Source: Macrostomum lignano | Taxonomy: Eukaryota | Direction: 5' to 3' | NCBI GenBank assembly: GCA_002269645.1 | Contig: NIVC01001326.1 | Span: 114,841 to 178,840 of the forward strand | Length of the DNA: 64,000 nt | Shown: piece by piece, positions 46,704 through 58,591 of the stretch | Layout: every line of letters starts with the position of its first letter | Numbering within the stretch: the stretch's first letter is position 1 | Notes under the pieces: model-generated | Told to the model about the DNA's origin: nothing | Database searches by the model: none | The model's input: the letters and a program-made list of their open reading frames with translations, nothing else | Translations under genes and position numbers: made by a program

Positions 46704-49700
46704 TTATCGCGCAGGCCCAACATCGGCCAGCAGGCCGGGGTCGGCGACAAGCTCTTCAACGTCGCGATCGTCCAGACGAAGCGCAACGCGAGACATCCGG
46801 GCCTCGGCTGCCTTGGTGAGGCGCAGCACGCCGGTGTCGTGCAACGACTGGCAGTAGGACGGCAGCTCGTCCCACAGAGGCGGCGGCATCTGGCGAGCCG
46901 AGCAGAGCTCGCGCAGACTCGAGTCCAGCTCCGCCAGCGTTGCCTGCGGGCATTGCGAGAGTGAATTAAAACAAGGTCATCCCAGGTCAACAAGGAGGTC
47001 AGCAGGTTCACTGGCAAAAAAATTCGGCGGTCGCTAGAAAAAATAGGTCACTTTAGTTTCTAGGAAAACAGGTTGGTTTGAAATGTAGGAATTCTAGGAA
47101 ACAGACACACATCCTTGAGCTGACATAAATTTCGCCGCAGAATATCATTTCTCACCTGTCGTTGACCCCGCCGACGAAGCCGCAGCGCCGCGGCAGCCGT
47201 CAGCCGTAGGTGCAACGGGAGTCGCCGTTGCGGCGTGTCCGGGGTGGCCAGACTGCTGGAGCCGCCGACCACGGCGGCCAGCGGCGATGCAGTCGCGGCT
47301 TTCAAAGCTTCGCCAACGTGTCGCACAGTCGGCGAACCATCGGCCAGTTCAACGGATCGGCGGCAGACTTCCAGGAGGCGTCGGGCATCGCCGGTGCTGG
47401 CGGCGATTCGGCCAGCTGCCAGTCGGACAGCGTCGGTGGTTTCGGCAGCCAGCGCGGCCGGGGCCGCGGCGAATCGGGCGGTGACGATGGCGAGCAGGTC
47501 GGCTCGGGTGTAGGGCGAGAAACTGAGCTGGCGAAGGCCGGCTGGCCGGGACACGGTGGCCGAGGCGGGGAACAGCCGGTCGCACAGGCTCAGCGAGTTG
47601 GCCACGCCTAGTACGCGAAGCCGGTTGCCGTCGCCAGCTCCGGCCAGACTGTCCGGCCAGCGAAAGATTCGCCGAAGATTGGCCAAGTCAATCTGGTCGA
47701 TTTCGTCCAGCACCAGAGACAGCGACTGCTGCTGCTGCTGCTGCAGGAAGCGCCTGATGGCCGCCTCCGCCAGCTTCAAAGAGCCGGCGCCGCCATCTCC
47801 GCCGCTGTTGGCGGAGCTATTTTTAGCATCAACCAGCTGGGCCAGCTGAGCAGAGAATGACTTGGCGGATTCGCCAGTCTCCATGCAGTTGTGCAAAATA
47901 CAGCGGACGGCTTTGACAGATTGCAGCTTGCGAACGGCGGTTTTAACGGCGGCAGTTTTGCCTGCGGTTTTTTAGCAGAGGAAATCATTGCCAGTGCTAT
48001 GAAGAGCTTTATTAAACTACAGACCTGCTAGCTTATGATAAGAAATAGCGAATCTAGAGTTTTACAATAGGATGTTCCTATAATAGGGATCTTCAATAAC
48101 GATGTACAGCTTCAGTAAGGATGTACAGCTTCAGTAAGGATGTACAGCTTCAATAAGGATGTACAGCTTTAATAAGGATGTACAGCTTCAGTAAGGATGC
48201 ACAGCTTCAGTAAGGATGTACAGCTTCAGTAAGGATGTACAGCTTCAATAAGGATGTACAGCTTTAATAAGGATGTACAGCTTCAGTAAGGATGTACAGC
48301 TTCAATAAGGATGTACAGCTTTAATAAGGATGTACAGCTTCAGTAAGGATGTACAGCTTCAGTAAGGATGTACAGCTTCAGTAAGGATGTACAGCTTCAG
48401 TAAGGATGTACAGCTTCAATAAGGATGTACAGCTTCAGTAAGGATGTACAGCTTCAGTAAGGATGTACAGCTTCAGTAAGGATGTACAGCTACAATAAGG
48501 ATGTACAGCTTTAATAAGGACTTCAGGAAGGCCATCTAGACATCAATGGCGTGTGAAGTATCAAGGATGTCTCACCTGAGCCCGGCGCCCCGCAGACGTA
48601 CAGCACGCTATGGCTGGCCTTGCCCCTGAGAAAAGTCTCCAGAGTTTCCAGCTCAGCTTGCCGACCAACCAAACTGACATCGTCCCGCTCAGAGATGGCA
48701 CTCTGCAGCAGCTGTTTGAGCTCAACAGACTGAGCGCTGGCCCTGAGCAGGGTAGACTTGCGCAGGTCGCACTCGGCCTCTTCTTCATCACGCTGCGGAT
48801 GCTGCTTTGCTTTTAACTTATTAGGAGTTGCTCTTGTTGCTGCTGCTGCCGCTGAAAGAAAGAGAGAGAGAGGGGGGGCATGGCAGGTTTCGATGAGCGG
48901 TGGCTACAGACTTGTGAAACTCGAGTCTAAGAGTCTTGCCCTCCAAGCCAAAGAGCATATTGAATGCTCATTTTTTTAAATACGACTTGTCTGTCCTATG
49001 GCGCGCTTTGTGCTAAAGAAAGATTTCTCCTCCTGCCCTGAATATCTTCTTAAGGTACCAATTGCAGAGGAGACGCCAGCTATAGAGGGGGCGCCAGCTA
49101 CAGTGGGGGGCCGCCAGCTACAGTGGGGGGCGCCGGCTACAGTGGGGGGGCGCCAGCTACAGAAAGGGGACGCCAGCTACAGAAAGGGGACGCCAGCTAC
49201 AGAGAGGAGACGCCAGCTACAGAGAGGAGACGCCAGCTACAGAGAGGAGACGCCAGCTACAGAGAGGAGACGCCAGCTACAGAGAGGAGACGCCAGCTAC
49301 AGAGAGGAGACGCCAGCTACAGAGAGGAGACGCCAGCTACAGAGAGGAGACGCCAGCTACAGAGAGGAGACGCCAGCTACAGAGAGGAGACGCCAGCTAC
49401 AGAGAGGAGACGCCAGCTACAGAGAGGAGACGCCAGCTACAGAGAGGAGACGCCAGCTACAGAGAGGAGACGCCAGCTACAGAGAGGAGACGCCAGCTAC
49501 AGAGAGGAGACGCCAGCTACAGAGAGGAGACGCCAGCTACAGAGGGGGGGGGCATGCCTGCACACATACTCAGGGGGAAAGCTGCTGCAGACAAGTCAAC
49601 GCCCCTGCTCCCACTCCAAATAAGCTCACCTTCAACAGTCGCATTTTCCTTCTCCAGCTGCTCGTCATCAATTTCAGCTATTGACTTATTCTTGCCCTTC

Positions 49701-49864
49701 ATCGGCTTGCTCTTGGCCTTAGCAACCGACTGTCGCCGCCCAGTCCGCTGTTGCTTAGCCTTTGTCGGTGTCTCCAATAATTCCTCAGACTGGCCTGGGG
49801 CCACCTCCGACAGCGGCTGCTGCTGCTGCTGTTGAAGCACAGACCTTCTTCTGGTTGTTGGCAT
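46704..49864 (-). CDS. CDC6: Cell division control protein 6 (AAA+ helicase loader), 4 exons, ~518 aa
   Basis: Exons 49864-49630, 48851-48576, 47961-47156, 46943-46704, phases consistent. LVGRQAEL; Walker A LYVCGAPGS|GKT split by intron 2; HNCM; Walker B VLDEIDQ; GVANSLSLCDRL; FSPYT; TGDARRLLEVCRRSVE; winged-helix C-terminus. Confidence 0.92.
48100..48520. repeat. 19-bp minisatellite (AAGGATGTACAGCTTCAGT)n, CDC6 intron 2
   Basis: Period 19, ~22 copies. Confidence 0.95.
49060..49545. repeat. 20-bp minisatellite (CGCCAGCTACAGAGAGGAGA)n, CDC6 intron 1
   Basis: Period 20; near-perfect core, degenerate left end. Confidence 0.95.
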
Positions 49865-50122
49865 AGCGATATTGGTGTCGGATTTATTTTGATTTTAATC
49901 AACGTTTCGCATAAATTAAAAATATTTTTGAGAAATAGTAATAAACTTTACTAATGCTGTAAAATATTTAATTCGACTACTACTACTAGACAAAATAATA
50001 AATAAACAAAATAGACGCAAAATTTCACTTTTCCAACAATAAGCATACTACTAATAGTAGGAAAATGCGATTAGGCACACTTTTATTAATTCTATAACAA
50101 CGGGAGTTCACTTGTTTTATTT

Positions 50123-52241
50123 TCACTTTCTCTTCTTTTTGGCCCCTTTTTTAGCCAGTTTGCGGGCCAGTTTCCCGCGCGGACCCTTGGCCCGCCTGCC
50201 GCCGCGGTCCTCGTCCAGGCCGGCTGGCAGCAGGCCGCCCAGAGATTCGAAATCGCTGCCTAACCGTTTAGCCCGCAATTCCAGCTGCCTCTGCCGTTTG
50301 GTGACGGACAATCGAGTCAAATTCGCTTCCTCGTAGCGTCTGCGAGCTTCCGCTTCGCGCAGACGGCCGCTAGCGCCGGCGCCGCGCCGTTCCGACAATT
50401 CAACAGGCGCGTCGTCCATCTGCTGGCGAAGCTCCTCAAGGACATCCAGTTGAATAGCCCGACGCTTGGCTCGCCGATCGGCCTCGGTGTTGGATGTGCG
50501 CCGATTCGAACCACTGGCCGCCGCCGCCGCCGCTCCCTCATCGTAGAACATCGGCGTAACCTTCGGCGGCACGTACTTGCCAGCACCGGCTGCTGAAGGC
50601 TTGGAGGCTTCGGCCAGCTTCTTCTTCTTCAGCTGATTCTGCTTGGCTCTCTTTGCCGCCTCATCGCTGTCGTCCCCGCTGTCTCCAGCATCTTCTTCAT
50701 CCGAGGACAGCCGGAAATTCTCCAGCCTGGCAGCCGTTGGCTCGGCCGCTTCATCAGCTCCGGCCAGCTGCGCCAGCCTGTCAATCTGGTGCCGGACGCG
50801 AGTCTCCACTGGCCGGGCGCACTCCAGCAGGCACCGCAGCTGGCACAGCCGTTCGACTGTCCGCTGCGGCGGAGGCTGGCCGGCCAGCCGGTCGGCTATG
50901 AGCTGCATCAGGTTGGCGGTGTACAGCTCCATAGCTTGGCATTTCAGCGCCACCAGGCTGACGGCCTCCGTGGTTGGCTGGCTGGACCAGTCTCGGCCGG
51001 ACACTAAGTCGGACAGTTCGGCTAATGCGCCGGACACCTGATTGTAGAGCGGAGCTAGTTCTGCGTCCTGCAAAAAAAACACATGATTGGCTTTTATTAA
51101 GTACTTACATAAGTAGTACTAATATCCTGCACTGTATTCTAAATCCCCCAAATCCCACAGCCTAAACTAATCCCTCAAAATATCCCACACCCTAGACTAA
51201 ATCCCAAAAATATCCCACACCCTAGACTAAATCCCTAAAAAATCCAACACCCTATAGTAAATCCCTAAAAATCCCACATCTTAGACTAAATCCCCAAAAA
51301 TATCCCACACCTAGATTAAATGCCAAAAAAGCATACACCCTAGACTAAATCCCTAAAAAATGCCACACCCTAGACTAAATCCCTAAAAAATCCCACACCC
51401 TAGACTACATTTTAAGAAATCCCACAACTCTAGACTAAATCCCTAAAAAATACCACACCATAGACTAAATTTCAAGAAATGCCACACCCCAGACTAAATC
51501 CCTAAAAAATGCCACACCCCAGACTAAATCCCTAAAAAATGCCGCACCCCAGACTAAATCCCTAAAAATGCCACACCCCATACCAAATCCCAAAAATGCC
51601 ACACCCTAGACTAAATCCCTAAAAATCCCACACCCTAGACTAAATCCCTAAAAATGCCACACCCCAAGACCAAATCTCTAAAAATGCCACACCCCAGACT
51701 AAATCCCTAAAAATGCCACACCCCAGACTAAATCCCTAAAAATGCCACACCCCAGACTAAATCTCTAAAAATGCCACACCCCAGACTAAATCCCTAAAAA
51801 ATGCCACACCCCAGACTAAATCCCTAAAAAATGCCACACCCCAGACTAAATCCCTAAAAAATGCCACACCCCAGACTAAATCCCTAAAAAATCCCACACC
51901 CCAGACTAAATCCCTAAAAAATGCCACACCCCAGACTAAATCCCTAAAAAATGCCACACCCCAGACTAAATCCCTAAAAAATGCCACACCCCAGACTAAA
52001 TCCCTAAAATGCCACACCATAGACTAAATCCTCTAATTTTGTAACAAGACACGAGTGACAATCTCTGTCGCAGTCACGGTGCACTAAAAGCATGCACATG
52101 AGTAAGTGTAAGCGGCATTACAACTTGGACAATATTTATATATATAGAGTATATTTAATTTTATTCAAATTCTGTCCATATTTTTAAACACAGAGCCACT
52201 ACTTAGCATACAGGTGGGCTGGGCGGTACGGGATCTGCCAT
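50123..52241 (-). CDS. NGDN: Neuroguidin (Lcp5/Sas10-Utp3-C1D family, SSU processome)
   Basis: Main exon 51067-50123 after a T8-GCAG acceptor: VERLCQLRCLLECARPVETRVRHQIDRL, KYVPPKVTPMFYDE, VLEELRQQMDDAPVEL, YEEANLTRLSVTKR. Tentative exon 1 at 52241-52212 (MADPVPPSPP, phase-0 GTATGC donor). Confidence 0.85.
51140..52030. repeat. 30-bp minisatellite (CCAGACTAAATCCCTAAAAAATGCCACACC)n, NGDN intron
   Basis: Period 29-30; homogeneous on the right, degenerate on the left. Confidence 0.95.
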
Positions 52242-52662
52242 AGAGGTGCAATAAAGTGCCTACAGTATAGTTACACATCATACTCATTAAAAGCTAATTA
52301 TAGACAAAAACTGATAACTGGGAAGCTAAAGAATGGAAATGGGAGGGCAGGAGGGGAGACGCAAAAATGACACACTAAGGTTACTACTGAGAGACCCAAA
52401 GTAAGTAGTACTTATAAAAACAGAAACTAATAGAGATATATCTATGACAAAAATTCAATAAGAATCCGATCTGGTCTGACCCATTTATTTTGCTTTACGA
52501 GTCCATATAAATTTAGACTATAAAAAACTTATGTGCTCTACTATGAGTAGCAAACTCAGCAATACACGCTATATTTATCCAGACCAGAGTAATTCACACT
52601 GACAGCTTGAGTTTACCCAATTAATATAATTAGTTTATATCAACAATCTGTCAGTAAATCTT

Positions 52663-55359
52663 TCAACGGTCAACTTCGCCGAACACAACGTCCAGTGTGC
52701 CGATGATAGCCACAATATCGGCCAGCATGTGACCCTTGCCCAGCTTGTGCAGTCCGGCCAGGTGGGAGAACCCGGGCGCTTTGATTTTGCACCTGTACGG
52801 CTTGTTGCCGCCGTCGGAGACCAGGTAGACACCGAATTCGCCTTTTGGCGCCTCGATTGCCGTATAGGTGGCGCCGGGTGGCACCTGTGGATTTGGGATA
52901 ACGCGTCCAAATTTCAGTATTAAGTTTCCTTCAGATCAGACGATCTTAAGATCAGAATCGTGTGGGATCAGATTAGAGTGAGATTAGAATTGAGTGGGAT
53001 CAGCATTGAGTGGAAGCAGAGTGGAATGGGATCAGAATCGAGTGGGATCAGCATTGAGTGGAGTGGGATCAGAGTAGAATGGGATCAGAATCGAGTGGGA
53101 TCAGCATTGAGTGGGAGCAGAGTGGAATGGGATCAGGATCGAGTGGGATCAGCATTGAGTGGGATCAGAGTGGAATGGGATCAGAATCGAGTGGGATCAG
53201 CATTGAGTGGGATCAGAGTAGAATGGGATCAGTATAGTGGGATCAGAGTAGAATGGGATCAGTATAGAGTGGGATCAGAGTAGAATGGATCAGCATTGAG
53301 TGGGATCAGAGTAGAATGGATCAGCATTGAGTGGGATCAGAGTAGAATGGATCAGCATTGAGTGGGATCAGAGTAGAATGGGATCAGCATTGAGTGAGAT
53401 CAAAGTAGAATGGTACCAGTATCAGCATTGAGTGGGATCAGAGTAGAATGGGACCAGAACCCATTAGTTGCTCACACAATTTAATCAGTCTTACCTGATA
53501 GCCCTCGGTAAAGAGTTTAAAATGGTGAATAAGCGCCTCCATGGACTCCTTCAACTCGGCACGCCTAGGCGGCACAATTTTTCGATCGTCGACTTTCACC
53601 TCGCCAGGCGGCAGCTTGTTGAGGCACTGCTCGATGATTTTCTGGGACTGGCGCATCTCTTCCATGCGGCACAGGTAGCGGTCGTAGCAGTCACCGTTGC
53701 GACCAATGGGAACGTCGAATTCAACCTGCGGCAGTGGGCAACGGACGAATTAGATAAAAAATAGATTAGAAGTTAGACTATTAAAATCGCGTAGTGTCAG
53801 ACTACATGGACTCTAACGGTGTCACACTAGTGTTGTCAGACTCTAGTGTAGTTAAATTAGTGGGTGTCAGACTAGTAGTGTCAGACTCTAGTGTTGTCAG
53901 ATTAGTGGTGTCAGACTAGTGGTGTCAGACTCTAGCGGTGACAGACTAGTGGTTTCAGACACGAGAGTTGTTAAACCAGTGTCAGACTCTAGCGGTGTCA
54001 GACTCTAGTGATGTCAGACTCTAGCCGTGTCAGACTCTAGTGGTGTCAGACTCTAGTGGTGTCAGACTAGTGGTTTCAGACACGAGAGTTGTGAAATCAG
54101 TGTCAGACTCTAGCGGTGTCAGACTCTAGTGGTGTCAGACTCTAGTGGTGTCAGACTCTACGAGTGGTGTCAGACTCTAGTAGTTTCAGACACTAGTGGT
54201 GTCAAACCGGTGTCAGACTCTAGTGGTGTCAGACTTGAGTGGTGTCAGTTAAACTAATGAAGGTAAATAGAAGGGGATAAAAGTCTGGAGGTTGTGACAG
54301 GTTCAAAAATCGATCGGGGTCAGTTGAGTCCATGGGGTGGGGAATCCAGTGGACTCAAAGTCAAAACGTGTACAGGATTGGACCCGCCAAGCAGCCAATT
54401 CATGCGCTCACCTGATCGTAGGCATCGTATGGCTGGGATTTGCGCAAGTCCCAGCAGATGCCGGAGCCGCGAAGCATCACCCCAGAGAAGCCATAGTTGA
54501 GCGCATCCTCCGCGCTGATCACACCGATATCCTTGGTTCGCATCACCCAGATGCGATTCTCAGTTAGCAGATCATCCACCTCGTCGATTCGCTGTACAAA
54601 CTTCTTATTCCAATCGTAGATATCCTCCAGCAGGCCGACTGGCAGGTCCCGGTCCACGCCGCCGGGCCTGACGTAGGCGGCGTGCATTCTGGCGCCGCTG
54701 ACTCGCTCGTAGAACTCCATCATCTTTTCGCGCTCCTCGAACATCCAGAAGAATGGCGTCATGGCGCCAACGTCGAGCGCGTGAGTGCCGATGCCCATGA
54801 GGTGGTTCATGATTCTGGTCAGCTCGCCGAACAGCACCCGGATCCACTTGGCCCGGGGCGGCACATCAATATTGAGCAGTCGCTCAACAGCCAACGAGAA
54901 GCACTGCTCGTTGCACATCATTGACACATAGTCTAATCTATCGAAATAAGGCAGCGCCTGAGTGTAAGTCTTGTACTCGATCAGCTTCTCAGTGGCCCGG
55001 TGCAGCAGGCCGATGTGCGGATCGGCTCGCACGACAGTCTCACCGTCCAGGGTGAGCACCAGCCTGAGCACACCATGAGCAGCCGGGTGTTGCGGACCAA
55101 AATTTATCGTCATATTTAGCACCTGCTTGTCCCGATCCTCCATAGCGCCAGTCTGCGGCAGGAACGGCTCCCATTTGCTGGCCCATTTCTGGTCAGGATG
55201 AGTGGCTAGCATGACTTGTTTGTCAATGGTTCGCCTGTCGGCAACGTACTGCTCAGCATAGCCGCGCCGGCACTGCTGCTGAGCTGGTAGCGGCTGGCGC
55301 AGCAGAGCCAGCTGGGTTAGCCTGCTGCTGGCCTGGCGTAGCAGGGCGGTGGCCGACAT
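52663..55359 (-). CDS. NDUFS2: NADH:ubiquinone oxidoreductase core subunit S2 (49 kDa), 3 exons, 466 aa
   Basis: Exons 55359-54412, 53725-53495, 52884-52663 (phase 0). Mitochondrial presequence; [67 protein letters not shown]. Confidence 0.97.
52950..53455. repeat. Degenerate GGGATCAG-core minisatellite, NDUFS2 intron 2
   Basis: Recurrent GAGTGGGATCAG(CATT/AGTAGAAT) units. Confidence 0.9.
53810..54250. repeat. Degenerate ~16-bp minisatellite (GTGGTGTCAGACTCTA), NDUFS2 intron 1
   Basis: Recurrent TGTCAGACT core. Confidence 0.9.
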
Positions 55360-55509
55360 TGGTTTTTAAAAATAAATATTAACTGTGTATATTCAGTGTA
55401 TTAGCTGTATAGTTCAGCTGAGTCTGTTGTAAGTCGGCTGAAGTAGTAAGTGCATTAATATTTAAATATTATTAATTATTATTGTTGATTACATGTCATA
55501 ATTAAGCCA

Positions 55510-55778
55510 GATGTGCAGCCGACAGCTCAGCCGCAGCTATTGCAAGGCGCATCTGAAGGCTGCATACGGCTGTTCAGTCCAAGGACTGGGGGGGGTCGCC
55601 CCACACATCCTCAATTACCCCAGCTAATGCTGGCACCCATTTTACAGCTGGGTGAACTGAAGCAATGCAGAGTTAAGTGTCTTGCTCAAGGACACAAATT
55701 GTTCCAGTGGGATTGGGAATCGAACCCCTGACCTTTAAGTTATGAGTCTAATGCTCTAACCATTAGACTACAACAACC
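55510..55778 (-). mobile_element. tRNA-derived SINE with a CORE/Meta-like central domain
   Basis: Minus strand: A box TAGTCTAATGG, B box GGTTCGATTCCC, then TGTGTCCTTGAGCAAGACACTTAAC...CAGCTGTAAAATGGG, resembling the conserved central domains of animal SINEs. The 3' boundary is approximate. Confidence 0.8.
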
Positions 55779-58591
55779 TTCTATATATTTAAAAATATAA
55801 ATAAATTTTTAAAGTATTTTAAATTCATTTGGATGATAACTAGCATTAGACACAATATTCAAAAAAGCAATGCCAATACCTGAAAGTCTGATACTGTATG
55901 GCATTACTTGGTTTTTTAAAAAGCAAGGTTTTTAAGGCAAAGAAAGCAAGCTTAGCATTGTTTTAAATGAAGAAACTTTGGTAAAACAAATAAAATAAAA
56001 TTACCAAATTAAAAAGAAACAATTGCCACTATATTCAATCAATTAGCTACTTTAGGCAGTCTTATTTATATATATTAGTACTATTATCATTTTAGTATAG
56101 TGTTGCAGCCTGTTAATCTGCAATTGCTGCACCTGCATGCTTAATCCTTTAGTTTGATAAGGGGTTGGGTGCACTTAGTCATCTAAGCAGACTGACTGCT
56201 CTAAGCAAAGCTAGACTTAAAAGCCTTACCTTTGATTAGGCAATATCTTGCCCTACTGCTCTCTATATGTAAACCTAAATAAATTACATCACTTTTCTTC
56301 ATTTTACTCAACTTGGCCTTGCTCTGAGCACCTAAATAGTGGATTTATTTATTTATTTCTGATTGTTTACTTGTTTACTAAATTACCTGTGCTACTACTA
56401 GTGTATTACTAGTATATTTACGATTATAAAAATTATAGAATCAATTGACAATCAACATATAATCAATTGATAGTAAATCTATTGCAGAGCTTGCAGCATA
56501 ATAATTGATAAATAAATAATATCCTTTTAATGATGATTAATAACTACCAACTAATTATAAAGCATATATAGCCAAGGATATTTCTTTAAAATTATAAAAA
56601 CTTTTCAAGAAAGAAAACATTTGTAACTTTTTACTAGATTAGCTAGATTAGACCTAATTATTTTACCTTTATTGACCTAAATATATAGTATTTATTATTT
56701 TTTAAAGTATTTAACTATTTCATTTATTTTAAAGAAATTTTATATATTTTTTAATTTTCAAATTTTAAATAGCATTGATTGGGAAAATTTAAAAATTATA
56801 CGAAGTTATAGGCTTAGAAATCCAATGCTAATAAAAATATTGGCTTCCAATACTCCAATACCTAAAAGGTATTGCCAATAGTATTAGAATATCACATAAT
56901 CAAAATTGTGCCTAACACTGATGATAATAAATTTTATTAGGCATATCTTTTCTATAATTGGCTTATTAAGAAAACTAACAATTTAAATATGCTAAATTTT
57001 GCTTACTATAAGTGGAAAAAAATAAAGCAATTGGTTATAATGAAAATACAAAAAATGTATTTTGTATAGTCTTACCATGTATTTTTTTAATTCTAAGACT
57101 GACTTTAAAAGTATTATTGTAAAGGTTTCGACTATTTTGGCTATAGGCCCATTATATTTATTCTTATTTTTATTAGTAAATAAGGATAGAAAAGGCCTAA
57201 AAGTATTGAAAATACTAGTGAAAAAAGTTTTTGGGAACAGATAATCAATATCTAAATAGACAAAATATTATAAAAATGTTGGAAATTTTAGATATGAAAA
57301 GTTTTATGTTTAAACTGGCAAAATGTTCATAGGACATTTAGGTGAATACTACACTCCAGATCATATAGTATACACCCAAAAATTGGGCATGCATTGGCCT
57401 TGTATGACAAAAGTTAGGCATATATAGTTGGCATGCATGACTTCTGAAATAGTGTGCCTGGACACCTGGCATGCACTATAGAGAATTGTATAAATTTCAA
57501 GTTTTCTAGCTTTTAGGCTCATTAATTAGATATTTAAATAAATGTTTGTGAGTATTTATTTTTTACTAGAAAAAGTAAAGGTAAGAAAAATAAATAAATA
57601 TTATTTTTATATTTAAAATTATTTATTTTATTTTAAATTTAGAATTTTAAATTATTTTAAAATTATAGCATACAAAGAGACCTAGAATATACCATTGGCA
57701 TACAACTTAATGAATCCAGGACTATTTGTCTACATTGGGCAAATGGCCAATGGACTATGTCTGCCGGTGCTAAATAATGGATGTGGTACATAGGTTTTTG
57801 GACACTTTGGCAACAGATGTTTTAGCAACATCATAAAACATCTAAATAATACGTACAATAGAGTTCCTAATTTTGATATATTGTGTCACTAAAATACATT
57901 GCAAAAAAATGCCATAAAACGTGCACTATTATAATCCAGACTAAGGCAGTAGTCTTATCTACTTCTTATCTACTATTCTCTTATCTACTTTTTCTCCACA
58001 GTAAAACCATGCCGCAGTAAAAAATGGAAGCCATTGTATTGGACATAATCTACACAAATGAAATTACCTTGCTATTGAAAATCCCTATAAACTAAATCTC
58101 TAAGGTTTGTATATTTGACTTTTTATAAAGTCAATCTGATTCTAAGAAAGTATATACTTTTAACAAAGCCAACTTTTTTCGTTTTTAAAAATTCTAGAAT
58201 ATAATTATTTATATTAAGTTTGTTATTTTGCTTGAAAAATGCATTCAAAAATGAAAAAATGTGTATAACTTCGGCTTACATGTTGAAAACATTTTTTGCC
58301 TTGGTGTACAAATGTTTTCTTATACTTTTTCTCCCACTAGACCAGGCGTACATTAAAATGCAATCCAAACTATGGCCTCTTGCTCTTGGTAGGCAGTAGG
58401 CTTATGGGGCATAAATTTACTTTTGTTCGTGAATTTTTTTCTTTTAAAATGGTGCCAATGACATGGAATGACAAATGGGAGTTGTCTATAGCCCATATTA
58501 GCTGCATAGAGTTGTTTGGGGCACAAAAATTTGGCAGAGTTTTATTGAGCCCTCACTATAGTTTGGACTTAGAGACTCTTCTGATTTGCAA

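Noticed and set aside
55705-55778. tRNA-Met gene (CAT in the anticodon loop)
   Set aside because: Stems pair poorly and the sequence runs into a SINE body, so it is a SINE head.
56000-58300. Very AT-rich tract as organellar insert or gene
   Set aside because: No recognisable mitochondrial gene, ORF or termini; most likely decayed repeats.
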